Assembly: GCF_018977255.1 (NCBI RefSeq)
Contig: NW_024704743.1
Location: 60,266,001 to 60,330,000 of the forward strand
Source of the DNA: Callorhinchus milii
Lineage: Eukaryota
Direction of reading: 5' to 3'
DNA length: 64,000 nt
Shown here: piece after piece, positions 25,881-37,772 of the stretch
How positions within the stretch are numbered: the stretch's first letter is position 1
How the letters are laid out: the number at the start of each line of letters is the position of its first letter
Made by a program: the position numbers and the translations under genes
The notes under the pieces: generated by a model
The model's database searches: none
Seen by the model: the letters and a program-made list of their open reading frames with translations, nothing else
Told to the model about the DNA's origin: nothing

Positions 25881-26980
25881 ATAAAGGCAAAGAACAGCAA
25901 GATTGTTTGTTAAAATTCTAGTTTTACTGTAAAAGGTTAATATGTTGGTATTGCCATAACGTTTTAAACAAGCTTTCAATTCCTCACCTCTAAAAGCCAG
26001 TGGACTAATGCTGCTTTGCTGGCCATCTGTCAATGAACATTAACTTGTCATCTTAACAACTTAAACTTGCTGAGATAGAATAGAGGGCTTCTGCTCTAGC
26101 ACCAAGCTCCTTTCAAAAACGGGCTTGCTGGGAGAAATTCATGTTCTTCCTAGGCCTCTCTGAATTCTGTGTGTTACTTAAATCCTAGTAACTTACCTCG
26201 GCTTCTTTGTGGAACATTGCTGTGGCAAATTGGCTGCTGTGTTCACCCACAAATTATACACAGCCTCATCTTTTACAGTATATTCTGTGAAGTGCTTTGA
26301 GACATATCGACGACTTGATAAGGCGCTATATCAAATGCACAGATTATTATTAATCATAAATTTTTGTGCATTTGTACCAAATTCCAGAGTGACCCATCTG
26401 TGAACCTGTGCCTATTTGGGTTTGAGCACAGCTCAAGTTGCAGTGCTTTGTATTTTTGTATTTTCACCACACTTAGTATTGACACTTTCCTATCTAGAAC
26501 ATAGCACACATATAGATATTGCCGTGTCACATTGATAGGAACATGGTGCTTTGGTGTATCTTTATCAGAGTTAGGAAGTGGTTTCATTAGAGCATGGACT
26601 CTGTCTCAAAACAGATATGCTAGAAACAGACAGATATTTCTGTGATTTTCCAATTGCTAACAAAACAATTGAAAGAACATTGTAATAGATTGACTATGGA
26701 AACCTGTAACTTGAATTTGTCTGAAAAGAATGTAATTAGATACTAATACAGAACTTGCAATTTTTGGAGTCAATAGTAAGAACATAAGAAATGCTACGAC
26801 GAAAAAAGACCAAGGTCCATCTAGTTTGCCTTCCACCTTCCTGGCGATTGCATGTACATACGTCACAAACTACCTATGTACTATATCCCATAATGTTATT
26901 TCCTAAAAGAAAATTATCTAATTTGTACAGGCATTAGTATCTTAACTTTAATCTTAACATAGCTACATTTGGTAAGAACA

Positions 26981-27300
26981 GAAACAAAAATCAGAGATTG
27001 CTGGGAACATTCAGCAGGTCAGGCAGAATCTATGGAGAAAGGAAAGTGGGTCAATGTTTCGGGTCCATGACCCTTCGTCAGAACTGCCAAAGGGTCAGTT
27101 CTAAGCGCTCTGAGACGCCGTCCGGCGTGGAGGACGCTATATAAATCCAAGTTGTTGTTGTTGTTATTGATGAAGGTCATGGACCTGAAATGTTGACCCA
27201 CTTTCCCATCTCCATAGATGCTGCCCGACCTGCTGAATGTTCCCAGTGATCTCTGTTTTTGTTTCCGATTTCCAGCATCTGCAGTACTTTACGTTTTATT
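26981..27300. mobile_element. Palindromic repeat (Penelope-like terminal repeat / MITE-like) with hammerhead-like cores; L2-type tail inserted at 27103-27168
   Basis: Arms 26981-27086 and 27096-27265 are reverse complements; CTGACGA-A-GGGTC-ATG-GACCC-GAAA on the minus strand. Confidence 0.7.
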
Positions 27301-28569
27301 TTGTAATTCAAAAAAGGATCTGGGTATCAGTGGTCATCTCTGACCCGCTGATGCACAATCAGTGTAGCTGGGTTTTGTCATGGAAGATTGATACATTGAA
27401 TTCATCTGGTCAGCAATTCTGTACAATCTTTCTGCTGAGACTGAAATAATCAATCAGTGTGCCAGAAAACCACATTTGAAGTCAGAATCTATCAGGGAAA
27501 ATTAACCTAGCAGGGTGAATTTCAGCCTCGTGGACACAGAGCAGAGAAACTATATTGCGAAGCTGCCTGAATAATTCAGAAAATCAATGAGAGGGTCTCT
27601 TTTATCACCATCTCTGAATGGTGACAATTTTAAAATACTTGGTATCAAACCGAGGCAATTTTATTCTGGATTGAACTGTGGTCCAGTTGACCTATTCTAT
27701 ACTATTATATTCTTCTGTCATGATTACCATACGATTCAGTGCATATGTCTCACCTTCAGAGAGGTGATATGTGGTCCAGACTGAGTGATTCTTTATCACT
27801 AAGCTGCAGGCTGTACTTCTACGGTGCAGCTTTCCTGCTATTTTGTGATTTTTAATAAAGTTATTTTTCTCACTAACATCAATCTATTACAGTTCCAGCT
27901 TTGCATCTTTGTATTAACATCTGTTAAGTTATACGCAGGGACCAAAGCACTAGAGCAACAAAATAGTCAGTTCTGTGAGATGTGTAATTGACTTACACCT
28001 ACAATTATATTATTAAAAAACAGCAACCTTTAATAGCAACACCTGCCCTCCCCCCCACTCACACACGCAATCCAAAAATGTTAAGTTGCCTCCAAAATTC
28101 GCAGTCACTACATTTATGGTAAATTGTGTGAAGCGTATTGAGACATCCTCTCGATGTGTAAGATGTTATATCAAATGCTAGTTATTATTAATAGGAAGTA
28201 GTTTTACTCCCTTGCAGTAAATCACTATTTCTATTAATATCTTAATCACTAATATCTTAATCACTACTATCATATTGTGAAATGAGAGACTAAATATAAA
28301 GCAACTGGAAAAAGCAATTGCAGCATAAAAGAGGTTTCTCCAGACAATGTTGTCTTGTGAGACTTAGGCTCCAATGAGAGCGTGGGTCATTGCTGACATC
28401 TTGTAAGGCTGTGTGCGCACAGGGAATACCTTGCAGGAAGGGCTGTTCACACATCTGGTGTTCTTCTATCTGTGAGGCACAGGTGAAGTAGGTAGAGCGG
28501 CTTTTTAAACCCTTGTTTGAATTTCTATTCTAATTTGACCAATTGTCTTTTGTGCCGCTCTTTCTTCAG

Positions 28570-28761
28570 CATTCAGCTAGTCCACCACAGCTCCATCCAG
28601 AAATCCACAAAGGAGCTTCGGAACATGTCGAAGAACCGGGAGGCAGCCTGGCCCCTCTCCACACTACCCGTCTTCAACCCAGTGACAGGCGAGATAGTGC
28701 CACCACTTCACCATTCAGACAACTGCGACACCTCCAACATGCCTCTCATGCAGACACAGCA
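28570..28761 (+). CDS. SGCE: SGCE exon 9 (192 nt, cytoplasmic)
   Basis: cttcag|...|gtgagt; [64 protein letters not shown]. Confidence 0.97.
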
Positions 28762-29401
28762 GTGAGTCTTGCCTTCCCTCACACTATTGGCCTCCCAACT
28801 GTCAGGTTTGGTTTGTCTCTTCATTCCCCTTTTCCACAGCTGCAGCAGCAAGTGTTGTGAGAGTGGTCAACGGGAGCAGAAACTTCTATGATTTGGTCAT
28901 ATCATTGTCACCAGGATGTGATTCAGGCTGATAATGAACTGAAACTGATCTACGCCATTTAAAATCCCCCAAAACCTAATCATATGAACCCCCTGTAAAA
29001 AGTATGGGTGTCTCAAATGCAACAACCTAAAAGGGATTACTTAATTAAGGAATCCAGAAATAAGTCACACCAACCTGTGGGAATGTCTAACCCGATCTAC
29101 TTCCCGCTAGTTAACATGACTTGTATGACATGCTTCTGGTTATCAGAGTTCCCACTTGCATTTCTTGATGAAGGAAAGCCATTTAAAGTCAAACTGTATG
29201 AGATAACTGAAGTGCATTGTTTTACTGGCACCTGCTGATGTAATTGTCCTTTGCTGTTGAACTTTGTGTATTAAATCTTAACAACTCTGCATGTCGGTCC
29301 TGTGAATCAGTTAAAAGTTTAGCTGCTTCTAAGTCTATGAGCAGCAGGTTTAAGAATGGCAGAGCCACATTTCCACCTGTGAGCACATTTGAAATGTGAG
29401 T

Positions 29402-29574
29402 CCATTTTGTCTTAAAAATTAAGATGGAATTTAAGAATTGTGGAAATATCTTGAATTCAGCCTTAAATTGTAAGCTGGGTCTAATTAAGAATTGCGGAAA
29501 ACCGGTTTCTAAATAAAGACTTTTTTTAAAAAAAACCACAATTCTGCGCACTCTTAAATTTTAAGGAAAGATGG
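29402..29574. mobile_element. AT-rich palindromic MITE-like repeat
   Basis: Ends ccattttgtcttaaaaattaaga ... tcttaaattttaaggaaagatgg; related copies at ~17755-17910, ~21505-21640 and ~24145-24680. Confidence 0.65.
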
Positions 29575-29681
29575 TTTTACCTGTTAAGACTAGATAGGAT
29601 TGGAGGCTTCAGACGGTTTCTTTGTATCACCCAGATGCCTGGAATCAATGACTCTGACTGTAACAATGTTTTGTCTTGCAG

Positions 29682-29725
29682 GAATCACCCATTGCAGACC
29701 CAGCTCCCCCAGCAGCACGGTGCAG
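29682..29725 (+). CDS. SGCE: SGCE exon 11 (44 nt)
   Basis: cttgcag|...|gtcagt; NHPLQTQLPQQHGA(G), corresponding to human NLPHQTQIPQQQTTG. Confidence 0.93.
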
Positions 29726-30487
29726 GTCAGTATCCAACATCTCCCTCGCCTTCTATCCCCTGCTCGAACCACTACCCCATTGACTACCATGCAACATAAT
29801 TGGTGTGGAGATGGAGGAAAAGCTTCTCATGCAAGTCTGTTTTACTTTCACACCATATTGTGGGAAAAGGGTAACGAAACAAATAAGTGTTATGTGGCAC
29901 ATGTAACAGTTGGTATCACAGATCTGCATGTTAGCAACAGGCTGCTGCAGCTTTGGGTCGGTATACAGGGAAGTACCCACCCTCCCTCCAGGGCAGCATG
30001 TTCCCCACAATGGCTGCTTAACGCCCCATTTCATTTCTGGCGTGCGTTAATATATAGTAGAGAGACCGATATCCGCACAAACTGCGACCAGCCTCCTTGT
30101 ACCTATGGAAACAGTCAGGTCATTAAACCATCTTTAATTCAAACAAAATCTTCTGCCAGGAATTATATTTGGGACAAATTTGTGACATTCACAGATCAGC
30201 AAAACACAGTTATGTGGCTGCCAGGCTGAGGGAACTCCTCTCGGATGCTGATCTCGGTCCCCACTGATGTGAAATCATCATCTGAGTGGTGTTCTGCAGT
30301 TGGCTGCTGTCACTACACTATATCACTGCACAGATTGTCAATCAACTAAAATGTTATTATCTGTTCAGAAACAAAACCAGGAAATCCTAGAATTACAAAT
30401 TAGAACCTATCCACAAACACTATTTTCAGCCCTTCTCTCTCCTCCAGACAATCCTGCATTTTGCCACCTCGAAATGTGCCAGCCCTA

Positions 30488-30774
30488 CTCTCTCCTGCTC
30501 ACAGTGAGGCAGCTCCTCTCTCTCCCCTCACTCTCTCTCTCCTGCTCACAGTGAGGTAACTCCTCTCTCTCCCCTCACTCTCTCCTGCTCACAGTGAGGT
30601 AACTCCTCTCTCTCCCCTCACTCTCTCCTGCTCACAGTGAGGTAACTCCTCTCTCTCCCCTCTCTAACTCTCTCCTGCTCACCGTGAGGCAGCTCCTCTC
30701 TCTCCCCTCTCTAACTCTCTCCTGCTCACAGTGAGGCAGCTCCTCTCTCTCCCCTCTCTCTCTCTCCTGCTCAG
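30488..30774 (+). repeat. Minisatellite, ~43-47-bp CT-rich unit, ~6.5 copies
   Basis: Unit ctctctcctgctcacagtgagg(c/t)a(g/a)ctcctctctctcccctc(a/t). Confidence 0.92.
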
Positions 30775-31189
30775 TGTGCCAGTTCTGTTTTCTGACGATG
30801 GACCAGCTGTGCATTCGCCCGCACAAAGAGTGACATCTCTTCTTTCTCCCCTCATACAATGTGCCAACTCTTCCCTCTCCCCCACATCCATTTTGTAGAT
30901 CGATCTCTCTCCCCTCTCCCCCCCACCACCCCATACATACACATGAATTGCCAGTCTTTCTTCCCTAAAATTACATAGTGTGAAAATGTCTGACGTATCA
31001 GGATCTCAGGGTGTGGTTATTCAGTGTGCGGATGTCAAGCACTCGACTGTAGCTAACATTTCTACTAACCAGTGTCGGTTTTTCCTCCCCTCATTTGGTC
31101 TTGGTTAGTTTTGTCTGAAATCAGTGTTTCTATATTAAATTCTTAATTCACAAAAATCTGCTTCTTCATTCTTGCTTTCATGATTGGAG

Positions 31190-31224
31190 GAGAATTTTAT
31201 ATGTCGACATTTCTACAATTTGAG
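31190..31224 (+). CDS. SGCE: SGCE alternative exon 11b homolog (35 nt, GC donor)
   Basis: ttggag|GAGAATTTTATATGTCGACATTTCTACAATTTGAG|gcaagt; (G)EFYMSTFLQFE resembles mammalian 11b GDFRLTTFQRFE and shifts exon 12 into a frame reading VNDKPEEGKLNEAFT*. Confidence 0.8.
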
Positions 31225-32336
31225 GCAAGTAAACCAGTGTCAATATGCTTATTTTGCAAAGGTCTTATCTTTCTTCACTCCTTTTCTATCTCTGGTCATC
31301 ATGTTGGAGGAATAGAGGCTGAGCTTCTTGAAACCTCTGTCTCCTACACCTTATGCTAGGGAGTCATTGAAATGGGACTGGCTCCACTGCGGTGCGAGTT
31401 ACATCCCCTTTGAAGTGCTCCGGGATGCTACCCTGCGTGAAGGGCGCTATATAAATGCAAGTTGTTGTTGAACGAGGGGCTCCTGTAATCCTTCCTCTCT
31501 TGGTGCCCCTCTTAGCACTGCTCACTGATTGTGTGTACAGAATGATGATCAACCAATTTATGCTGAAATATTTTCCAACCCCAGCACAAAGCAGTTTATT
31601 GAGTGTAGTTGATATGATTGACACATATTCCTTCTAATGTACATATTGAAATGATTCACTTGAATCTTGGTTCAAGTAAATAATTCCTGCAAGTAATGAC
31701 TTGAACTTCTCCAGGATATATTTCTACTGGTAACATACTTCACTACATTAACCATGCGGCATTTTGTACACAGATGGCTCTGAGTATTTGAAGATCATTT
31801 TTGGAATTAATCCACAATAAAGGTTACAGCCTTTCTCAAAGGCTGGTAATAACACAAAGTAGACATTCGCTCGTCAACTGCATGCTATGGGGGAGAAATT
31901 CCACCTGGGTTTAGATTTTCTCAATACATGTAGCAACTTACGAGCATCCAGATTTTGGCAATTTGTTGAATTTAGTCTTAACTTTGAAGTACTTAACTTT
32001 GAAGTTGGATTTTTGTAGTTTTTAAAATAATAATCCTTGTTATCATTTATTGATAGAACCATTTGCCGTTTTTGATGGGGCTGGTGGAAGAAAGGCTGTC
32101 TGAGGGGGAAGGGGATTCATTGAGCACTAGATTTCTGCTGTTATTACAATACCTATGGAGGCTTAGGAAGACAATGGGTATTTGGATCTTAGTTGATCTT
32201 TCACTGATCGTAACAGGCAGTGGCAGACAACCACTATCAGAATAAACCGGCTTGTTCCAGAGAAAAGCTTTAATCTTTCTACGACAGAAACGTTAGTTGC
32301 TGACCCGATACTGAATGAATTTTTTATTGTTTACAG

Positions 32337-32384
32337 GTAAATGACAAACCTGAGGAAGGAAAACTGAATGAGGCATTCACCTGA
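32337..32384 (+). CDS. SGCE: SGCE last exon, dual frame: GK* (stop 32342-32344) without 11b; VNDKPEEGKLNEAFT* (stop 32382-32384) with 11b
   Basis: tttttattgtttacag|gtaaatgacaaacctgaggaaggaaaactg; matches human GKWYP* and VNGIPEERKLTEAMNL*. Confidence 0.9.
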   Translation, partial: VNDKPEEGKLNEAFT

Positions 32385-32542
32385 CAGTCACATTCTACTC
32401 TGGAAGGGGATTCTTCTGCATACTGACCAAAAGTGTGTTGTTTTTACTGTGTGTGCCAATGTGCATGGATACATGTCTGTCTGCCGTTGCTATTGTCATG
32501 AATTTAACATTTTGTACCAGTGTTTCACACATTATCTAGCAT

Positions 32543-32610
32543 AATAAAATGCAAGATTTACTTTTTGCACATTTGTAATTTATACAAGCTTTCAATGTAT
32601 TTCAATTAAA
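32543..32610 (+). promoter_or_regulatory. SGCE polyadenylation signal candidates
   Basis: AATAAA at 32543-32548 and ATTAAA at 32605-32610 at the end of a U-rich 3'UTR; repeat sequence starts soon after. Confidence 0.6.
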
Positions 32611-35037
32611 ACGATTTATATAGAAAAGTACTAGCCATTAAGTGGGACAAATGTTGTACAGTACAACAGATGGAAGGAATTTTCTCACAGACTTGGTTAA
32701 TTGGTAGAACAAGGACCCTAGAGGGTTTTAACAAGAAGGATTGGGTATTATTAGATAATGTGAAAGAACCTTTGAGAAGTTGAATGGGTAGGCTGGCTGG
32801 ACGGATCAATGGTCTACTCCTACCGAATCCATTACTATGTAATGAATGATGCCCAGAACAATGGTTACATTACACAGCTAATACCTGAAATGTTATCAGC
32901 ATTTTCTCAGAACTCAGAGTTCCTTGATGTACGGATTCACACTTTTCCTCACCTGACCCTGAGTCAGTCTGGTAGCAGGTGAACTCAGCATGATGAGAAA
33001 AGATTGGTGTAGGATCTGGACTGATCTCACTGTGGATAAAGTTTATGCTGTTATTTGTATAACACAAGAACAAAAATATTCCACTCAACACTGAAAAACT
33101 TCAAATTCTTACATTCAGATTCTGTGAATTAAAAACTTGTTGGAAATACATTTTTTTAAAGATATTGCAAGGCTTTTATTTTGTTAACTTTTGAGATGCT
33201 CTTTCATGGCAAATAATAGTCTGCTGGCACTTACTGTTCAGCCTACCATGATGTTTAATCACTCACTGCTCTAAGTACTAAGAGTCACAGATGGAATTCG
33301 AATCCAGCATAATTTGGTACCTTCAGGGGAAGTGAGACAAAGGATTTGGAAGATAATAATTGGGAGGAATATTCACTTGCATTTATATAGCATCTTTCAT
33401 ATTTTAAGGTACGTATCTCCAAAGTTCTTTACCAAAACGGAATTATAAATGAGGTGAATGTTGTTTATATAGATGAACGTGATAGCTAATTCTAACCATC
33501 AATATCCCATAAACAAAAAAAAGGAGAAGGTAATAAAGGAAGAGATGGGGGATCATTGAAAGCAGAAACAGTGTGACAGTAGTAGGGGATCAGGACATTT
33601 AAATATTCATTATATTAGGGTGAGATACCGGAAGTTCAGAGAACTTTGGACTTCAGAGATTGGTAGAAATTTAAAGGCTTAATTATATACAGAAAAAGTC
33701 AGTGATAAATTGACAAGTCAGATTTATCTCCAGGCCCAGACCGTTTCCACCCCAAGGTACTGAAAGAAAGCTACTGATTAACTAGAAGCTCTCAGAAAAA
33801 TCAGTCTTCTGGGTGACCTTCAAATTTTTCAAAGCAATTCTTAAAAATACATTCCCACAAAATATAAAGATTCTCATCCTGCACCCTTGCAATACTAAAT
33901 TCCATAACTAATATATAATACTTGCATTTGATATAGCACCTCATCGGGTCATTGAGTCATTTTTGTGTGCAATTGGTTGCCACGTTTCACCCACAAAATA
34001 CGCAGTCAAATCACTTTGCAGTATATTCTGTGAAGCGCTTTGAGACGTCTTGAAGATGTGATAAGGCCCTATAATAAATGCAAGGATTATTAGTACTTCA
34101 AAACACTTCACTTTGTGGTTAGTGGTCGGTGGCATCTCCAGCTAAAATGACTCAGATAAATTAATCATTCACTTAATGGTTCTCTGTGGGACTTTGAGTA
34201 CAAATTCGCTGTCGTGTCTGCCCACACATACAGTCATGACATTTGGCAGCAATTGTTATATTATATGTACCATATTAAATGGTTGCAAGGATTATTAGCA
34301 CAATTACTGTTGTACTCAACAAATAATCTGGTCAATACACGTTACAACTGAATCAGCTTTAACATAATTAATTTTGAGAAAATCCACTTTGGTGCTCAAA
34401 TACTTTAACACTCTCTTAAATTAATCTTGGTAGTGTTTCAGCAACATTTGGATTCCCACTGGTGCAGTATTAATTTGTCTTGTGACCTGATGGTCTCCAT
34501 TCACCAATATGCCCTTCCTTGGTAGTACATTGGACATAACTGGCGTCATCCTGACTCGGTTGGTAGTACTCTCACCTGTGAGTCAAAAGGTTGAAGTTTG
34601 AAACCCCAAGACGGGATTTTGAGCTAATAGTGTATGCTGACACCTCAGTGCCAGGGAGCACTACAATATTAGAGATGCCATCCTTTGAATGAGGCATTAA
34701 ACCATTGGTTATTAATTTCAAGGCTGTTTGTAGGACATTGCCGTGTGCAATTTGGCTGCTGTATTTGCCTACAAATACAGTCATTACACTCTTGTGTATC
34801 CTCCTAAACGCTTTGAGACATTTCAACGTGATAAGACGCTACATCAAATGAAAGGATTGTAATTAAAATGTAAAATAACTAAATTAAAATGTTGAGAGTT
34901 TGGGAGGAAATTGGTTTTAAAACCTTTAAAAAGATAGTGATATCTAATTGGACTACATTAATCTTTTGAGATTGCAATTTTTAAAAAAAAAAAATCCAGA
35001 TATTGAAAAAATCTATATTGTGATAGCAAATAAAATA

Positions 35038-35056
35038 TGACCACTAGATGGCATTA
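35038..35056 (+). promoter_or_regulatory. CTCF motif
   Basis: tgaCCACTAGATGGCAtta matches the CTCF core CCASYAGRKGGCR. Confidence 0.6.
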
Positions 35057-35084
35057 GATAAATGTTCTAAACTTGATTTTATTT

Positions 35085-35340
35085 TGGTCAGCCGGATGTC
35101 TGACTCACGCAGAAACCCTCACAACGCTTAAGAATATCCAAACCAAATAGAGTTCCAAGCATATATTGAAATTCCAAAGAAGCTTATCCAAATCCAAAGC
35201 ACACTCTCCCCCTGGAAGACATACACTGCTTACCTAATCCCAGAGAATAATAGGCACAGGTTGGCAAGAGCCAAGGCTTGGTGTGCATTAGGGTACCCAT
35301 GGAGCCTGACCAGCTAATACCACATAGCTTGCCATTGAAA
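35085..35340 (-). mobile_element. SINE family C copy
   Basis: Colinear with 2558-2836. Confidence 0.65.
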
Positions 35341-35804
35341 ACATGATTAAGAGTAAACTTTGTTTGGAACAATGGGCTGAAATTTGCAGCATCTTAGAAC
35401 AAATTCAATGCAACAATTATCGCATTTAATAGGAATGGATGGAAATAAGCAGCAGTTCATAACATTCAAAGTATTATTTTCTGTGTGTTCATTGACTCAT
35501 CATTTTATTTTTCGTGCTAACCTTCAGCAAACCAAAGCAATTATATAATTTGCAGATGACCATTATTTGGAAAAAGTACTTAATTTTGGAGAGTTGTATT
35601 AACACATTATATTGAGGTTTAAATTTCCCATGACAATAAGTTGCAAATTACAAGAAAATCCAACTTAGAAAGGCAACAAATAATTGAAAGTTGTTGTAAA
35701 TCACTGGTCATACAGTTTATCTAACAAGTTTATCCATCCAATTTCCCACAAGATTTCTTTGTGATCGCTCAACAATGTGATACTGTGCTATATCAAATGC
35801 AAGG

Positions 35805-36205
35805 ATTATCATGTCTTTCGGATGTCCCAAAGCACTTCACAAAATATACTGTAAAGTGAATTGACTGTACATTTTGTGGGCGAAACGTGGCAGCCAATTG
35901 CGCACAGCAGTGTCCCACAAACAGTCGTGGATTGAGTGCCAAATTTATTATTATTTGAAGGAATTATTACTCCCGGAAAAGTAGTCGTGGATTGAGCGAC
36001 AGATATATTATTATTAGAAGGAATTATTATTCCCGGAAAAGCAGATCCGCCAATCGACTTAACAACCGAGTTCCTACTCACTGCTAGGTAAACAGAGATG
36101 TGTGGAGTAAGGAAACTTGCCTACGGCTTCGCCCCGCTTGAGAATTGAACCCGGGTCATCTTGCTTGTGAGGTAAGTGCATTAACCACTATGTTACGGGA
36201 TTCCA
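35805..36205 (-). mobile_element. SINE family A with an internal ~58-bp tandem duplication
   Basis: agtcgtggattgag...gaaggaattatta.tcccggaaaag occurs twice (35923-35981, 35983-36041). Confidence 0.88.
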
Positions 36206-36299
36206 TTTCTCTTACAATTCACTTGCACGAACTAGCAGTAAGTAGGAACCTGGTTGTTAGTCGATTGGCGGATCACTTTTCCATTTTGCTGTGCCCGGG

Positions 36300-37400
36300 A
36301 TTATTATTATAACAAAGCATGTATGAAGGTCTCAGCAGCTTGGCAAGAAGAGGTAGTAGTGGAAGAGGACAATGTGACAAGCGGCGAAAGCTGAGCTAAT
36401 CTGGATGTGGGGGCTTGAAAAAACAGTTGGGGGTCAGACAACAGCACTCATGCAAGTTGTCTTCAAGGCCTGATGTGAGAATTTACTGACAGGAACCAAG
36501 CAGGAGAGCTTTGGTAGTTGTCTATGATTGAAGGCAGTTGGAGCTCATCCAGGACTCTGTGCCTGACTATCAGGCAGAACAGCAGTGAACTTGGAGTTGA
36601 TTGTAAAGGCTGAGATTAAGTTGGATATCATCTGCCTACAATGTGGAAGTGAATCCCATCTCTGGATGATGTTGAGTAGAATATAGATGGGGAAGAGGAC
36701 TAAGCCCTGAGGACTGTGTGTGACTGTGCAGGAGATGCCGTTAGATGAGGCAAAGTTTCCTGGTGGAATAGAACTATGAAAGTTGAACAGAGAGGTGATG
36801 GAGAAAGATTAAGCATGACGTGATCAACTGTGTTGGCAGAGAGATAAAGGAGAATGAGGAGGCAGAGAGATCCCTAGTCACAGATGGAGAGAATATCATC
36901 TGCAACTTTGATCAGGGCAATGTTGGAGCTGTGGACTGGGCAGAAACTGGATTGGTGAGACTCACGCTGAGTGCTGGAGAAGAAAGAGTGAAGCTGGAAG
37001 GCAACTACTCAGCCCAGCACCTTGGAGTAGGCAGGTCTGTAGTTTGAGAGCATGCAAGGGTTGAGGAAGAGTTTCTTGAGAAGAGGATGATGACCGTGGT
37101 TTTGAAAGGGGTGGGTTTTGAAAGATGTTAAAGCTGGGCACCCAAAAACGGGTTAGGGCTGGTGTCAGGGAAAAGGTGGTGGGCGGTAGCAGAACAGATC
37201 CTCTCAATATGGACCTGTGCAAGTCCATCACGTCTTCGCATTTGGAATCGATGGTGAGCCCGGAAGGAACATGGCAAAGTGGGCAAAGTTGGTTTGTGGT
37301 GAAGAGCCTAGGGTTGTCCTTGGCCTTCAGGATCCTGGAGTAGAAAGCCGATTTTGCTGAGGTGAGGGAGAAGTAATAGGCTTTGGCCTGGTCCAGTTAG
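36300..37400 (-). mobile_element. Old, highly decayed L2 ORF2
   Basis: Minus-strand remnants SAKSAFYSRILKAKDNPRLFTTNQL, PVSAQSTAPTLP and FHIVGR/ADDIQL-like segments. Confidence 0.65.
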
Positions 37401-37772
37401 ATCTGGTAATAGACCATTTGCGTTCGTCATCATTGATCTTGTGCCTTGGATACCGCGACTCTCAGATGTAATATTTTTCAGGTTATTTGTGTTAAAATAT
37501 TCAGTAAGCATATCCTGTTTCTCCGTTCAGTAAATTAAAAGATATTACAAGGTATCCTCACTAACAGAACATATAATGATCAAGGCATATTATATTCGTT
37601 CTTCACTTTGTTCAGGTCCAGAGGAAATACTGTTTGTAACATTTGTAACTCTCACTTTAACTGTACTCCATTCTTAAAGGTCTATGTGGTTCACCTTTTA
37701 GAGCTGTAACAATGAACTGATGCTGCAATTAACATGAAACAATTCCACAAATATAAACAGAAGTTTTATAGT

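Noticed and set aside
29600..30229. 209-aa + strand ORF
   Set aside because: It overlaps SGCE exon 11 in a different frame and runs into the intron; it has no recognisable domain.
30488..30774. Regularly spaced repeats resembling a CRISPR array
   Set aside because: No unique spacers, and it lies in a eukaryotic intron. CASD1 ('CAS1 domain') is named after fungal capsule Cas1p and is unrelated to CRISPR Cas1.
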